The notes: generated by a model not told the origin, from the sequence alone. A stretch of DNA of 64,000 bases from Poseidonia sp. (GCA_030741355.1 JASLVM010000001.1:76087-140086), one strand, 5' to 3'; counted from the stretch's first letter, positions 26,231 through 36,115 are shown. Numbers and translations: made by a program.

Positions 26231-28730
26231 CCTCCGTCGCCAATGGCAGTGGTGGCAATTGTTCCAATGGTATCAGTTCGGGAACGGGTGCACCGATGCC
26301 GGGCGTGTTCATGAGTTCGGTTTCCTTCTCTTGCATCAACTGCTCAAGAAGCATGCTACGACGGCGTGTTCCTCGGACGAAGAACGCACCCATCGCACCC
26401 AGCAGGAAGCCAGCGCTCATGACCGCGTACGTCAACCACGAGGCGGCTGGGTCTTCCCCCATGATGGCGACTGCAGCCGCAAAGCTGCCGTAAGCGTCCG
26501 ACCAACCGTCCCCGTTTTCATCAGGACACCCTTGGACGTCCCGCTTCGAGGAACCTGAGGTCTCCGGGCAATCGTCTCGGAAGGCCCCGAGCGGAAGGTC
26601 GCCAAAGCCGTCTTGGTCGGTGTCCATCCATTGAAGGGACTCCGTAGGGAAAGCATCGGCCAGTCCAAAGGGATGAGCTGCCCACGAATCCGTAGGGTCG
26701 GACCAACCGTCGCCATCGGTGTCGCGGCAACCCAATCGGTCCAAAAGCGAGGTACCACGCATCTCCGGACACGCATCCCCTTGATGTCCGTTCAATCGGT
26801 CTCCAAAGCCGTCGCCGTCAGAATCTCGCCATTGCGTTGGTTCGTGAATGAAAGCGTCGCCGAGGTCAGACCAGCCATCACCGTCGGTGTCCTTGCAACC
26901 CCAACGGTCACCGCCGGAGGAGGGCCCAACCGAGGTGCCTGCCACCGATGGACAAACATCGGCCGTCGTTCCACGCGGGTTGTCTCCGCGTCCATCGCCG
27001 TCAGAATCGTGCCACTGTGTTGGGTCATCGGGCCAGGCATCGCCTGAACCGCCCGGACTGGCCAGCCAGTAAGAGGTGGGGTCGGACCATCCGTCGCCGT
27101 CAGCATCAGGGCAGCCCCATCGGTCGAAGGTGGATTCGCCCTGCGTGGTGCGGCATCCATCAGGGCGATAGGAAGTACGCCATGTCTGCCCGTCGAAATA
27201 TTCCTCGTTATCGCCGTAGCCATCATCATCGGTGTCGTGCCATTGTGAGGGATCATCGGGGAAGGCGTCGGCAAAGCCCGATGGGTGGGCGATCCAAAGT
27301 TCAGTCGGGTCTGAAAAGCCGTCCTTGTCAACGTCGCGACAACCAAGCCGGTCGAAGCGACTGATCCATCCGGAGTCAACCTCTTCGGGGGTCGAATCCA
27401 TGCATACATCTCCTTCGAAACCGGTTAAGTTGTCACCATAACCATCGCCGTCAGAATCTCGGAACTGGGAGGGTACGAAGGGGAAATCGTCGATTTGGGT
27501 GGCGCCGTAGGTTTGGTTATCACCCCATCCGTCCTCATCGGTATCCCGCCATTGCGTTGGATTGAACGGGAAATCATCGATTCGCTGAGCACCGAGGGTT
27601 TGGTTGTCTCCCCAACCGTCTCGATCGGTGTCCTGCCACTGTGTGGGCTCGAGTGGGAAAGCATCGGAGCCGTTGTCGATGGTCCAATTTTCATCACCGT
27701 CGGAGAAGGTGTCCATGTCCGTATCAACGCACCCGTAGCGGTCAGCAGAGGAAGAACCGCGAATGAAGGGGCAAGCATCAGGTTGGGTTGCATTGTCCAC
27801 AAATTGTCCAATGTCCCAAAGCATTCGCGTGACGTTGAGGGAAGGGTCGTCCCAGTTGTCTCCAAATCCGTCCTCGTCGGTATCGTTCCATTGGGAAGCA
27901 TCGTAGGCAAAGGCGTCCGCCTTTCCATCGGGGTGAGCAAACCACGCCTCGTAGCCGTTGAGACCTCCGGGGTCGGGGTCAGAATACGAATCTCCATCTG
28001 AATCCACGCACCCAAATCGGTCCGAGGTGGAGTAGCCACGGCTGAACTGACAGTGGTCGCCTTGGTAGCCCTCGAGGTTGTCGCCATAGCCGTCGTTATC
28101 GGAGTCAAGCCATTGTGAGGATTCACTTGCAAAGGCATCTGCTCCGTTTTGAACGCCCCATCCGCTGTCGGGGTCTGACCAGCCATCACCGTCAGAATCG
28201 GTGCAACCCTTGCGGTCATTGGTGGAGGTCCCTACCAAGTACGTGCAATCGTCCTCTGTGTCAACAAATCCGTCCTCATCAGAGTCTCGGTTGGTCTTGT
28301 CAATGGAAGGCGTGAGTGTATAATCGAACCCGTCGTTGCACCAGGAATCTTTGCCCTCCACTTTGATGAGGACCTCACCCGCTGTTGAGAGGGTCGTTGA
28401 GAGGGCGGCGGTTGGAGAGCCGTCATCGACGTTTTGCGAGACGGAACCCATCGTGAAGGTCCCTTCCCATCCGTCATTGATGCACCACCATGCTGGATTA
28501 CTCATGCTGCCAGAAAAAGAGACTTGGACGATGTCGCCCATTTTTCCTTGAATTTTCCAATAGTCTCGTTTGTCGTTTGGCGAACACCCATCAGGGTCGC
28601 AAACATACCCGCTTGAGGAGACGCCGTCGGTCAATCCATTGGCGCTTGCAGGTGCGTCGTCAGCACTTGCGATCGGTAAATGAAGCAACGCGAGGCCGAG
28701 GAAAAGCACAATGGCGACTCGACCGGCCAT
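26214..28730 (-). CDS. Thrombospondin-type-3 repeat (Ca-binding) type-I surface protein, 838 aa.
   Basis: Signal peptide MAGRVAIVLFLGLALLHLPIASA. About 15 repeats of WxD[ST]DxDG[FYW]GDN (for example WNDTDEDGFGDNWDD, WQDTDRDGWGDNQT). C-terminal TM AGFLLGAMGAFFV plus RRR. Confidence 0.8.
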   Translation of the reverse strand: MAGRVAIVLFLGLALLHLPIASADDAPASANGLTDGVSSSGYVCDPDGCSPNDKRDYWKIQGKMGDIVQVSFSGSMSNPAWWCINDGWEGTFTMGSVSQNVDDGSPTAALSTTLSTAGEVLIKVEGKDSWCNDGFDYTLTPSIDKTNRDSDEDGFVDTEDDCTYLVGTSTNDRKGCTDSDGDGWSDPDSGWGVQNGADAFASESSQWLDSDNDGYGDNLEGYQGDHCQFSRGYSTSDRFGCVDSDGDSYSDPDPGGLNGYEAWFAHPDGKADAFAYDASQWNDTDEDGFGDNWDDPSLNVTRMLWDIGQFVDNATQPDACPFIRGSSSADRYGCVDTDMDTFSDGDENWTIDNGSDAFPLEPTQWQDTDRDGWGDNQTLGAQRIDDFPFNPTQWRDTDEDGWGDNQTYGATQIDDFPFVPSQFRDSDGDGYGDNLTGFEGDVCMDSTPEEVDSGWISRFDRLGCRDVDKDGFSDPTELWIAHPSGFADAFPDDPSQWHDTDDDGYGDNEEYFDGQTWRTSYRPDGCRTTQGESTFDRWGCPDADGDGWSDPTSYWLASPGGSGDAWPDDPTQWHDSDGDGRGDNPRGTTADVCPSVAGTSVGPSSGGDRWGCKDTDGDGWSDLGDAFIHEPTQWRDSDGDGFGDRLNGHQGDACPEMRGTSLLDRLGCRDTDGDGWSDPTDSWAAHPFGLADAFPTESLQWMDTDQDGFGDLPLGAFRDDCPETSGSSKRDVQGCPDENGDGWSDAYGSFAAAVAIMGEDPAASWLTYAVMSAGFLLGAMGAFFVRGTRRRSMLLEQLMQEKETELMNTPGIGAPVPELIPLEQLPPLPLATEGDANA

Positions 28731-28785
28731 GACCGCTGATGGGCATACGGATTATCAAGAGAACGCCTGCGTATGTCGTGCGCAA

Positions 28786-30189
28786 TCAGGGCAATCGTTG
28801 CTTCCCAAGGCATTGACGGAGGCAACTTTCGAGGTCGTTGTGCTGGAAAACATAGCCGCTTTCTAGCAAACGGTTCGGAAGGACCCGTTGACCATCCAGC
28901 ACCAAGGCCTGAGCCATCTCGCCGAGCATGATTTTGAGCATGAATCCGGGAGCCGGTGCGAAGGCTGGACGACGAAGGACGCGCCCCAGGACCTTGGCAT
29001 ACTGCTTTTGAGTGACGGGTTGAGGCGCCGTGAAGTTGTAGACGCCCTCGCAATCTTCGTTCATCATGAGATGATAGGTGGCGTAGATTTGGTCGTCCAA
29101 CGAGATCCACGAATAATATTGGCGACCGCCTCCTGCAGGGCCGCCTGCACCAAGTTGGGTTGGAAGCAAAAGTTTCTGCAACGCTCCGCCCATTGGAGTG
29201 GTTACGATTCCAGTTCGAATCCAGGCTGTCCGAATTCCTGCGTCCTTTGCCGCTGCGCCGGCCGCTTCCCAATTGAGGCAGGTCGTGGCCAGAAAGTTGT
29301 CGCCGGGAGCCGAATCTTCCGTCAATTCCTCATCACCTCTGTTGCCGTAAATACCGACGGCAGAACCGCAAAGGAAGGTCTTTGGCGGCTGTTCAAGTTG
29401 GGAAAAAAGGTGAACCAACTTCTCAGTCGGCACCGTTCGACTCGATTCGATGAGGGCTTTACGTTGAGCGTTCCAACGCTTGTCACCGATGCCAGCGCCA
29501 GCAAGGTGAATCACGGTGTCAAATCCTTCCATGCTTCCTTCCAACACCTCGCCGGTTTGGTCGTTCCACACGACACAGGGTTCATGCTGAACGTCTGAAG
29601 GCAACTTCGTCGAAGGACGGACAAGGCGTGTAACTTCATGGCCTGCAGCTTGGAGAAAAGCCGTGAGTTGCATCCCAATAAGTCCAGTTGAACCGCTGAT
29701 GAGGACGCTTTGTTTTGGTCGGTCTGCGTACAGAGCGATGCGTTTCAAGTCCTCCTGCACTCGAAGCGTTCGGTAAGCAAACATCTGGTTCATTCGGCCT
29801 TTCACCGTGAACGGGGCCGTCCAAAAGGTCAACGGATGAAAAGGAAGTTTCCAATCAATCGTATCGTGGATTTCGCTGGTGTTGGACCCTGTGGAGACGA
29901 AACGATGTTCGTGGTCCCACTTCCCGAACGGGCCTTTTTCCATCACGTCGTTGAAGACCTCGCCAGATACCACGCCGTAATGTCGGGCGACCCACATGGG
30001 GCGCAATGGGCCGAGTTGAACGCGGAACTTGGTCTTCGCACCGTCCACCAAAGCCCCCGCTTGGACCGGTCGAATCCCCTCCCATTCAGGCATGATGCGA
30101 CGGAAAGCACCGGGGCTGTCGTACCATGCCCAAACGTCATCGACCGAGGCGTCATAAGCGGCGACGTGCTTGTAGACGGGCATGGACAC
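28786..30189 (-). CDS. SRPBCC (polyketide-cyclase-like) domain fused to a TIGR01777/YfcH-type NAD-dependent epimerase (DUF1731).
   Basis: Rossmann motif VLISGSTGLIGMQLTAFLQAAGHEV. The C-terminal DUF1731-like region and the N-terminal ~150 aa START/SRPBCC-like region were assigned by recall. Confidence 0.75.
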   Translation of the reverse strand: MSMPVYKHVAAYDASVDDVWAWYDSPGAFRRIMPEWEGIRPVQAGALVDGAKTKFRVQLGPLRPMWVARHYGVVSGEVFNDVMEKGPFGKWDHEHRFVSTGSNTSEIHDTIDWKLPFHPLTFWTAPFTVKGRMNQMFAYRTLRVQEDLKRIALYADRPKQSVLISGSTGLIGMQLTAFLQAAGHEVTRLVRPSTKLPSDVQHEPCVVWNDQTGEVLEGSMEGFDTVIHLAGAGIGDKRWNAQRKALIESSRTVPTEKLVHLFSQLEQPPKTFLCGSAVGIYGNRGDEELTEDSAPGDNFLATTCLNWEAAGAAAKDAGIRTAWIRTGIVTTPMGGALQKLLLPTQLGAGGPAGGGRQYYSWISLDDQIYATYHLMMNEDCEGVYNFTAPQPVTQKQYAKVLGRVLRRPAFAPAPGFMLKIMLGEMAQALVLDGQRVLPNRLLESGYVFQHNDLESCLRQCLGKQRLP

Positions 30190-30192
30190 ACC

Positions 30193-31737
30193 TCATTGAT
30201 GGGCAGAGTAGTATGATGGGCCAGAGCCAAGAACGGTGGGCGCTTCACCGAGGGTGTTGTACTTCTCAACATACGCCTTTGTCTTGTATTTCCGGGCCGT
30301 GGAAGCACTGGTCATGCACCGAATCTTTCCGTAAACAGCACGCTCGGTCCAACCTCGGTCAAACTTGCCCATCACCCAACCAATGCCGGTGTAAGAGTTG
30401 GGGTCTCGACCGTCAAGCGCCCATTTGTCATTGAGCGCAATCATCCATTCCATGGCCGTTTCTGGGTTTGGAGACCATTCGAGAATTTTCTTGCCCCAAA
30501 GCATGCGCAAGTAGTTGTGGATGATGCCTTCATGGCGCAATTGGTTTTGAGCAGCGTTCCAAAGCGGGTCGTGGGTGGATGCTGTTTCCAGCTCTTCGAG
30601 CGTGTAGAGATAGGGTCGCTCGTCCTCGGCATGTTCGGCGAGGGTCGTCTTGGCCCACTCCGGGAGGGATGCGTATTCGGTGTGATTTTCAACCATGGCG
30701 CAGTGAATGAATCCAATGTCTCGCCACGTGATGATCTGGTCCAGGAAAGCTTCCACGGGTTCGGAAAGCCCCCACCATCCTTGTCGACGGCCATCGTTGG
30801 GGGGGTTGACCATGCTCACATCCCAGCCGTGATGCGTGAAGATGTCGCTGAGGATGGCATGGACGCTGATATGACCAAAATGAAGCCAGGGCGAAAGACC
30901 GCTCGCCCCACGTTCCTGTGGCTCGTTTCGCTTCTCGTGATAGGTCTGAAGTCGGTCAGCGAAGAATTCCTTCCATCGACGTCGTCCTTCGACATAGCCT
31001 CCCCGCTTGCCGATGACCGGATGGACTTCATGGTCAATTCGAAGCGTGGAGAGGGCTTGTTTGCCGACGTCTCCGCCTTCGGAGACACGCCAGAGAAATT
31101 CGTAAGGCGTCATGGGTGTGTTGGTTTGAGCGAAAATCGCCTTGGCCACCGCCATGTCAAAGTCGCGTAGATTTTTCGCCAATTCCAGCGGCCGGCGATG
31201 GGGGAATTCGTGCATGTGTTCGCGTATGGTTTTGTGCAAGTGCCTGCGCAACGAATACGCCGTGGAGAAGTCTCTTCCTTGGGCACGCATGGCCATGAAA
31301 CCGTTTGAATCCACGACGTGAATTTCACAGGGAATCACCGAAAGGGCGGTGTCAAGGACGTGTTTTGGATAGTAGGTAGGATAGTCATCGATGACGCAGA
31401 GGCGAGCGTGTTCGAGCCAACCTTTCAACAGGCCCGACGCTTCTTTCCGCTTTGTTTCGACGTAGGGGATGTAGGTTACGTTGGTGCCCGAGAAGGCGCT
31501 TCGGTTGTCAACCATGCCCTGCAACACAAAGGTCGAGATTCGATCGTTGGCCCATCGATGTTGAAGAGCGAGGCATTCGATGACCACCAGCGGAAGATGG
31601 TGTTCGTCGGCCAAGTTAATGGCGTGTTCAAGCGCATGATTCCACTGTGCGCGTCGGGCGGCCGTCATCCAATAAACGACGACATCACCGTTTTCGTTGG
31701 GAACGCCGTGAATTTGTAGACGGCTGCTGGGAATCAT
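30193..31737 (-). CDS. phr: DNA photolyase / cryptochrome family protein.
   Basis: Photolyase N-terminal alpha/beta domain and FAD-binding-domain pattern (WREF-type region, HNYLRMLWGKKILEW). It overlaps the NUDIX gene stop by 4 nt. Confidence 0.85.
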   Translation of the reverse strand: MIPSSRLQIHGVPNENGDVVVYWMTAARRAQWNHALEHAINLADEHHLPLVVIECLALQHRWANDRISTFVLQGMVDNRSAFSGTNVTYIPYVETKRKEASGLLKGWLEHARLCVIDDYPTYYPKHVLDTALSVIPCEIHVVDSNGFMAMRAQGRDFSTAYSLRRHLHKTIREHMHEFPHRRPLELAKNLRDFDMAVAKAIFAQTNTPMTPYEFLWRVSEGGDVGKQALSTLRIDHEVHPVIGKRGGYVEGRRRWKEFFADRLQTYHEKRNEPQERGASGLSPWLHFGHISVHAILSDIFTHHGWDVSMVNPPNDGRRQGWWGLSEPVEAFLDQIITWRDIGFIHCAMVENHTEYASLPEWAKTTLAEHAEDERPYLYTLEELETASTHDPLWNAAQNQLRHEGIIHNYLRMLWGKKILEWSPNPETAMEWMIALNDKWALDGRDPNSYTGIGWVMGKFDRGWTERAVYGKIRCMTSASTARKYKTKAYVEKYNTLGEAPTVLGSGPSYYSAHQ

Positions 31738-32240
31738 TCGTGGCCACCTCTGGGTTGAAGCGATGAGGCCATGCTTGAACGGTAGACGGCGTAGGGAGTC
31801 TGCCGTTGGGTCAACCCTGAATGGTTTCGAATGACCATACGATGCGTTAGACCGTCAACGGCAAGTTGTTGCATGGTTTCAGAGACCCATTGGACGGAGC
31901 CCAGTTCGGTCAGAGAAAACCACTGCGATGAGGAAATTTCGCCCGTGTCCGACGGTTGGTGGTCGCCCTCAATGTGAACATCATAACACAGGAAGACGGC
32001 GGGATGGTCTTTCCTTAGAGCGGTCCGAACCCCAACGAGACCCATGACCGAGCCAGAATACCCGGCTTCCTCCTGAAGTTCACGAAGAGCTGCTGTCTCG
32101 GGACTCTCGCCCGGGTCGACGTGCCCTTTGGGCAGGCCCCATTTTCCCTGATGGCTTCCAGTGGCTTCTTGAACGAGCAAGATTTTACCGTTTTTTACCA
32201 CTCTGGCTGCTACCCCAAGGTCACAAAGTAGCGAAGCCAT
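31734..32240 (-). CDS. NUDIX hydrolase.
   Basis: Nudix box GLPKGHVDPGESPETAALRELQEEAGY. The start was set to the ATG at 32240, which lies 25 bp downstream of a TATA-like box. Confidence 0.75.
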   Translation of the reverse strand: MASLLCDLGVAARVVKNGKILLVQEATGSHQGKWGLPKGHVDPGESPETAALRELQEEAGYSGSVMGLVGVRTALRKDHPAVFLCYDVHIEGDHQPSDTGEISSSQWFSLTELGSVQWVSETMQQLAVDGLTHRMVIRNHSGLTQRQTPYAVYRSSMASSLQPRGGHE

Positions 32241-32260
32241 GACCGTGTTTCTGCACACCG

Positions 32261-32268
32261 AGTATATC
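32261..32268 (-). promoter_or_regulatory. Archaeal TATA-like box (GATATACT on the minus strand) about 25 bp upstream of the NUDIX ATG. Leaderless promoter.
   Basis: It stands out as an AT-rich patch in a GC-rich genome. The spacing is typical of archaeal leaderless mRNAs. Confidence 0.45.
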
Positions 32269-32305
32269 AAGAACGGTTTAAGCCCAAGTAAGGAAAAGAC
32301 GAGTG

Positions 32306-32313
32306 TTTATATA
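32306..32313 (+). promoter_or_regulatory. Archaeal TATA box TTTATATA about 26 bp upstream of the ribA ATG. Leaderless promoter.
   Basis: Consensus TTTATATA read directly. The distance to the ATG at 32336 equals the canonical TATA-to-TSS spacing. Confidence 0.6.
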
Positions 32314-32335
32314 CAAACTCGGCTGATTTTGTAAC

Positions 32336-32947
32336 ATGGAACCACCTCAACATTTTCCACCAGACCACGCACCTGAAGCCGATGCTATTTTGCCCACAGA
32401 ATTCGGAGATTTTCGAATTCGAGCCTTCCGAGATCCTGTCGGGGGCGAAGAGCACGCCGTGTTGTATCTCGGCGACCTCAGCGAAGGTTCACCCTTGGTT
32501 CGAATTCACTCAGAATGCCTCACCGGTGATGCCTTTCATTCGCTCCGCTGTGATTGCGGGCCGCAACTCCACGCCTCCATGAAGGCCATTCAGGAACGAG
32601 GCAAGGGAGCCATTGCCTACATGAGGCAGGAAGGACGAGGCATCGGTTTGTATGCCAAAATGCAAGCTTATGCTCTGCAAGATACCGGCCTGGACACGTT
32701 GGACGCTAACCTCGCCCTTGGCCTACCAGCAGACGCTCGCAAGTATGATTTCGCCGCTGAGATGTTGTACTCAATGGGTGTGTCGTCGGTTGAACTTGCC
32801 ACCAACAACCCCGACAAGCGAAACCAACTCATGGACCAGGGCATTGAGGTGACCAACCGAATTCCCATCATCGTCGGCCAGTGCGCTCAAAACCGCCATT
32901 ACATGCAAACCAAGGGTGCTCGAATGGGGCACATCCTCCCAAACTGA
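32336..32947 (+). CDS. ribA: GTP cyclohydrolase II.
   Basis: RIHSECLTGDAFHSLRCDCGPQL (zinc Cys triad) and YMRQEGRGIGL, characteristic of RibA. Confidence 0.85.
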   Translation: MEPPQHFPPDHAPEADAILPTEFGDFRIRAFRDPVGGEEHAVLYLGDLSEGSPLVRIHSECLTGDAFHSLRCDCGPQLHASMKAIQERGKGAIAYMRQEGRGIGLYAKMQAYALQDTGLDTLDANLALGLPADARKYDFAAEMLYSMGVSSVELATNNPDKRNQLMDQGIEVTNRIPIIVGQCAQNRHYMQTKGARMGHILPN

Positions 32948-32950
32948 GGC

Positions 32951-33424
32951 TTGAGCATGAAAGTGAATATCGTTGGCCAGCAAGCGCCAAGTTTCGCCCT
33001 TGAAAACGAAGATGGAGAGGTCTTCCAGAGCAGTTCCCTCGATGGGACATGGCGTATCGTTTTCTTCTACTCCCGCAACAACTCGCCCACGTGCAAGCGA
33101 GGCTGCCTAACGTTCAAAGAACAACACGACTTGTTCTCATCCGTAGGTTGCTCCATCGTCGGCATTGGCCCGGGTACTCGAGAGGAATTAGCTGGATTCA
33201 AAGCCTCACTGGGAGACTTACCGTTCCCACTTTTGGCCGACCCAGAGCGAACCGTGGGGAAACAATTCAACGTCCCACTCCACCTGGGCCAATTCCCCGC
33301 AAAGTCATCCTTCCTCATCGGCCCGGACAACACGATTCGCTACGTCTACGATTGGTTGTTCCGTCCACGGCGCCATGTCGCCCGAATCCTGGCTGATATT
33401 TCGGTCGTCAGGGGGGACGATTGA
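32951..33424 (+). CDS. bcp: Peroxiredoxin (Bcp/AhpC-TSA family thiol peroxidase).
   Basis: Redoxin fold with peroxidatic-Cys context FYSRNNSPTCKRGCLTFKEQ. It starts 3 nt after the ribA stop. Confidence 0.65.
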   Translation: MSMKVNIVGQQAPSFALENEDGEVFQSSSLDGTWRIVFFYSRNNSPTCKRGCLTFKEQHDLFSSVGCSIVGIGPGTREELAGFKASLGDLPFPLLADPERTVGKQFNVPLHLGQFPAKSSFLIGPDNTIRYVYDWLFRPRRHVARILADISVVRGDD

Positions 33425-34825
33425 ATGTGGGACGAGTTGCTGCTTGAGGCCGGTTTGAATGAGCGAGAAGTTCGCTCCATCATGATCCTCGGTTCCCGCC
33501 CCAAAATGAAAGCCTCTGAGCTCGCCAAGGAGTTGAACACCACCCGGTTGGATGCCTACAACAGCCTGTCTCGCCTTCAGGAGATGGGCATCGTCACGGC
33601 CACAGCTGACCGACCGATGCTCTTTTCCAGCCTTCGTATCAACGAGGCAATGGAACACATCATTCAATCACGAAAACAACAACTTGACCGTCTTGTGGAT
33701 GGGTTTGATGAACTCTCCAAAGGCATCACAGAAACCGACGCCTCCTACGAGAAACAGCGCAGGGACATCGACGACCCTCGTTTCGCCGTCCTCAAAGAGC
33801 GCACCCACATTTACAATCGGCTCCAGAAGATGGCCAACGAAGCCGAAGAACGCTTGATCCTCCTGCTCGGCCAGTTTGGCATCCTTCACCTCTGCCGAAG
33901 CCCGGATGCCCTGGAAGCCGTCAACACCGCCGCCGTTCGTGGCGTGGTGGTCCAAATCATCACGCACTTGGACGGACGCACCTTGCGCTTCTTTGAACAA
34001 CTGGACAAGAGCATCGACGTTCGACACTCGGACGAACTTGATTCGTTGGGCTTCGTTCAAGACCAATCGGAAGTCATTCAATACCTCAACATCGAAGACA
34101 ACCCGGTCGGCCGTGGAAAGGAAGACGCTGCCCTCATCATCGAATCCGGTCCGTTTACGCAAGCTCACCTCCACCTGATCGATGCCATCTGGGAAGGAGC
34201 CGTTCCGCTGGCGACCGCCCGTGCTCGATTCACTGAAAACCAAATCAACGACCCGCTACGATTGACCATTGGCGAAGGTTCCTTCCTCAAGAACGTCTCC
34301 GTTGCGCTTGGATTTGACGGACAACTCCCCGAAGAAGACACGCCGTTTGACCCGGAGGCGTTCTTCGCCGCAGGGCACGAAGTCAACGAAGCACGGATGC
34401 GTCTCACCGAGGGGAAACTCTCAAACCTCAAAGTTCTGGGAATTGACATCGGTCGAATGCTGCGCCAAATCGGCAACCGAGTGGGCCAAGAAATCGCCTT
34501 CTCGCTTCGTTCTATAGAAAATGACATCGAGTTCCTCGACGAGATGATGGACTGGTGGGAACATGCAGGCCTCGGCATGCTCCAGTACGATGTTGACCCG
34601 CAATTCCATGTTGTTGTTGGCTTGAACCATCCTCCAGTGAATGACCCTGACGCCCTCCCCATGTGGGAAATGGATGACGGTATCATCGAAGGGGCGCTCT
34701 CAACACGGTTTGCCAAAGAAGTCAACGTGGTCATTCAACGCGTCGAAGGAAGCGGTGACAAAGACGACTTGTGGAGATACCTCATCCACCGACATGAACT
34801 GAACACCATCGAACTTGTTGACTGA
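33425..34825 (+). CDS. TrmB-family (archaeal HTH) transcriptional regulator with a long C-terminal sensor region.
   Basis: N-terminal wHTH LNEREVRSIMILGSRPKMKASELAKELNTTRLDAYNSLSRLQEMGIVTA resembles TrmB N-termini. Confidence 0.6.
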   Translation: MWDELLLEAGLNEREVRSIMILGSRPKMKASELAKELNTTRLDAYNSLSRLQEMGIVTATADRPMLFSSLRINEAMEHIIQSRKQQLDRLVDGFDELSKGITETDASYEKQRRDIDDPRFAVLKERTHIYNRLQKMANEAEERLILLLGQFGILHLCRSPDALEAVNTAAVRGVVVQIITHLDGRTLRFFEQLDKSIDVRHSDELDSLGFVQDQSEVIQYLNIEDNPVGRGKEDAALIIESGPFTQAHLHLIDAIWEGAVPLATARARFTENQINDPLRLTIGEGSFLKNVSVALGFDGQLPEEDTPFDPEAFFAAGHEVNEARMRLTEGKLSNLKVLGIDIGRMLRQIGNRVGQEIAFSLRSIENDIEFLDEMMDWWEHAGLGMLQYDVDPQFHVVVGLNHPPVNDPDALPMWEMDDGIIEGALSTRFAKEVNVVIQRVEGSGDKDDLWRYLIHRHELNTIELVD

Positions 34826-34837
34826 GCGGGTGACGAC

Positions 34838-36076
34838 ATGAAACTCGTGACGTTCCTTCGGTTCTTCCGACAACTGAAGGGCAAGAAACCCGTGAACATT
34901 GACGCGATTCAATCGATGGGGCTCCTGGCGGTTAAACTGGGTCAAATTTTTGCTTTGCGCCCGGATTTGATTGAGCCCCAACGGTGCATTGAGTTGCAGC
35001 GCCTCTACAGCCGAGCAGCCACCATTCCCCAGGAAGATTCTGAGCAACTCCTGAACCGCTTTGCTCCATCCGGATTTCGAGACCACTTCCAGAGCATAGA
35101 GCCAACACCCTTCGCCGCAGCCAGTATCGGTCAAATCCATCGAGCCGTCCTGAAGGACGGCACCAAGGTCGTGGTGAAGATCATCAAAGCCGACTTTGAA
35201 GCTTCCTTCCGAAGAGATGTACGTCGGATGAAGCGTTGGATTCGCATGGGTCTTTTCTTCAATCCAAGACTTCGCAAAGTTGGCAATCCAATTGGACTCT
35301 TGGCCCACATTGAAGACTACACGCTGCGAGAGCTTAACTTACTGAATGAAATTGAAGGACGCAATCAACTCATCGCAAAGTCCGAAGCCATCGAAATGCA
35401 CTTCCCCATGCCCAAACTCAAATTCCCTAAAATGTGGGAGGACCTTTCAAATCAACATGTTCTCGTGATGGAAGAAATAACGCACCCCACCTTGGAAGAG
35501 CACCTCGAAAACGGCACCTTCACCTGGCCCGATATGCTGGAACTGTTTCGAATTCACGGAGCGTTCATGTTTGGCCTTGGAACCTTCCACGGGGACCTCC
35601 ACCCTGGAAACGCCATGATGGACGCCGACGGGAACTTCCACTTCATCGACACCGGAGCCATCTGCAATGCGCCCGAACACGTTCGCAACGCCTTGTTTGG
35701 TTTCTTCTATTTCCTCGCCAAGGGTGAACTGAAGAACGCCTTTGATGCCATGCTCACGATGGCGGCTGTGCAACCCGAAGGCAAAACCCTCCAAACCTAT
35801 TACGACTCCATGAACGAACTCTACGAAGGCTTTGTCGGCACTTCGGTGAGCGAAGTTTCCCTGACGGAGCAGATGATGAAGACCGTCAAAGCGGCCGTTC
35901 TCGCAGGGTGCGCCTTCGGTGAAGAGGCCTTTCCAATCATTCGCTCGCTCATGTACATGGACGGGATGGTGCTCAAGGGCCACCCGGAAGTCGATTTGAT
36001 CAGTTCAATGGGTCCGTACCTCGATGAATTCTCGGTTTTGATCGACCCCCACAGCATCATAAAATCCAAAAAATGA
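34838..36076 (+). CDS. ubiB: UbiB/ABC1-family atypical protein kinase.
   Basis: AASIGQIHRAVLKDGTKVVVKI (ATP-binding Lys region) and HGDLHPGN catalytic motif. Confidence 0.85.
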   Translation: MKLVTFLRFFRQLKGKKPVNIDAIQSMGLLAVKLGQIFALRPDLIEPQRCIELQRLYSRAATIPQEDSEQLLNRFAPSGFRDHFQSIEPTPFAAASIGQIHRAVLKDGTKVVVKIIKADFEASFRRDVRRMKRWIRMGLFFNPRLRKVGNPIGLLAHIEDYTLRELNLLNEIEGRNQLIAKSEAIEMHFPMPKLKFPKMWEDLSNQHVLVMEEITHPTLEEHLENGTFTWPDMLELFRIHGAFMFGLGTFHGDLHPGNAMMDADGNFHFIDTGAICNAPEHVRNALFGFFYFLAKGELKNAFDAMLTMAAVQPEGKTLQTYYDSMNELYEGFVGTSVSEVSLTEQMMKTVKAAVLAGCAFGEEAFPIIRSLMYMDGMVLKGHPEVDLISSMGPYLDEFSVLIDPHSIIKSKK

Positions 36077-36080
36077 GATG

Positions 36081-36105
36081 TTATTTTTTGGGAATTTTTT
36101 AGGAC
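36081..36105 (+). terminator. Oligo-T archaeal-type terminator (two T6 runs) after ubiB.
   Basis: TTATTTTTTGGGAATTTTTT immediately downstream of the TGA at 36074-36076. Confidence 0.45.
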
Positions 36106-36115
36106 AAAAACCGCC

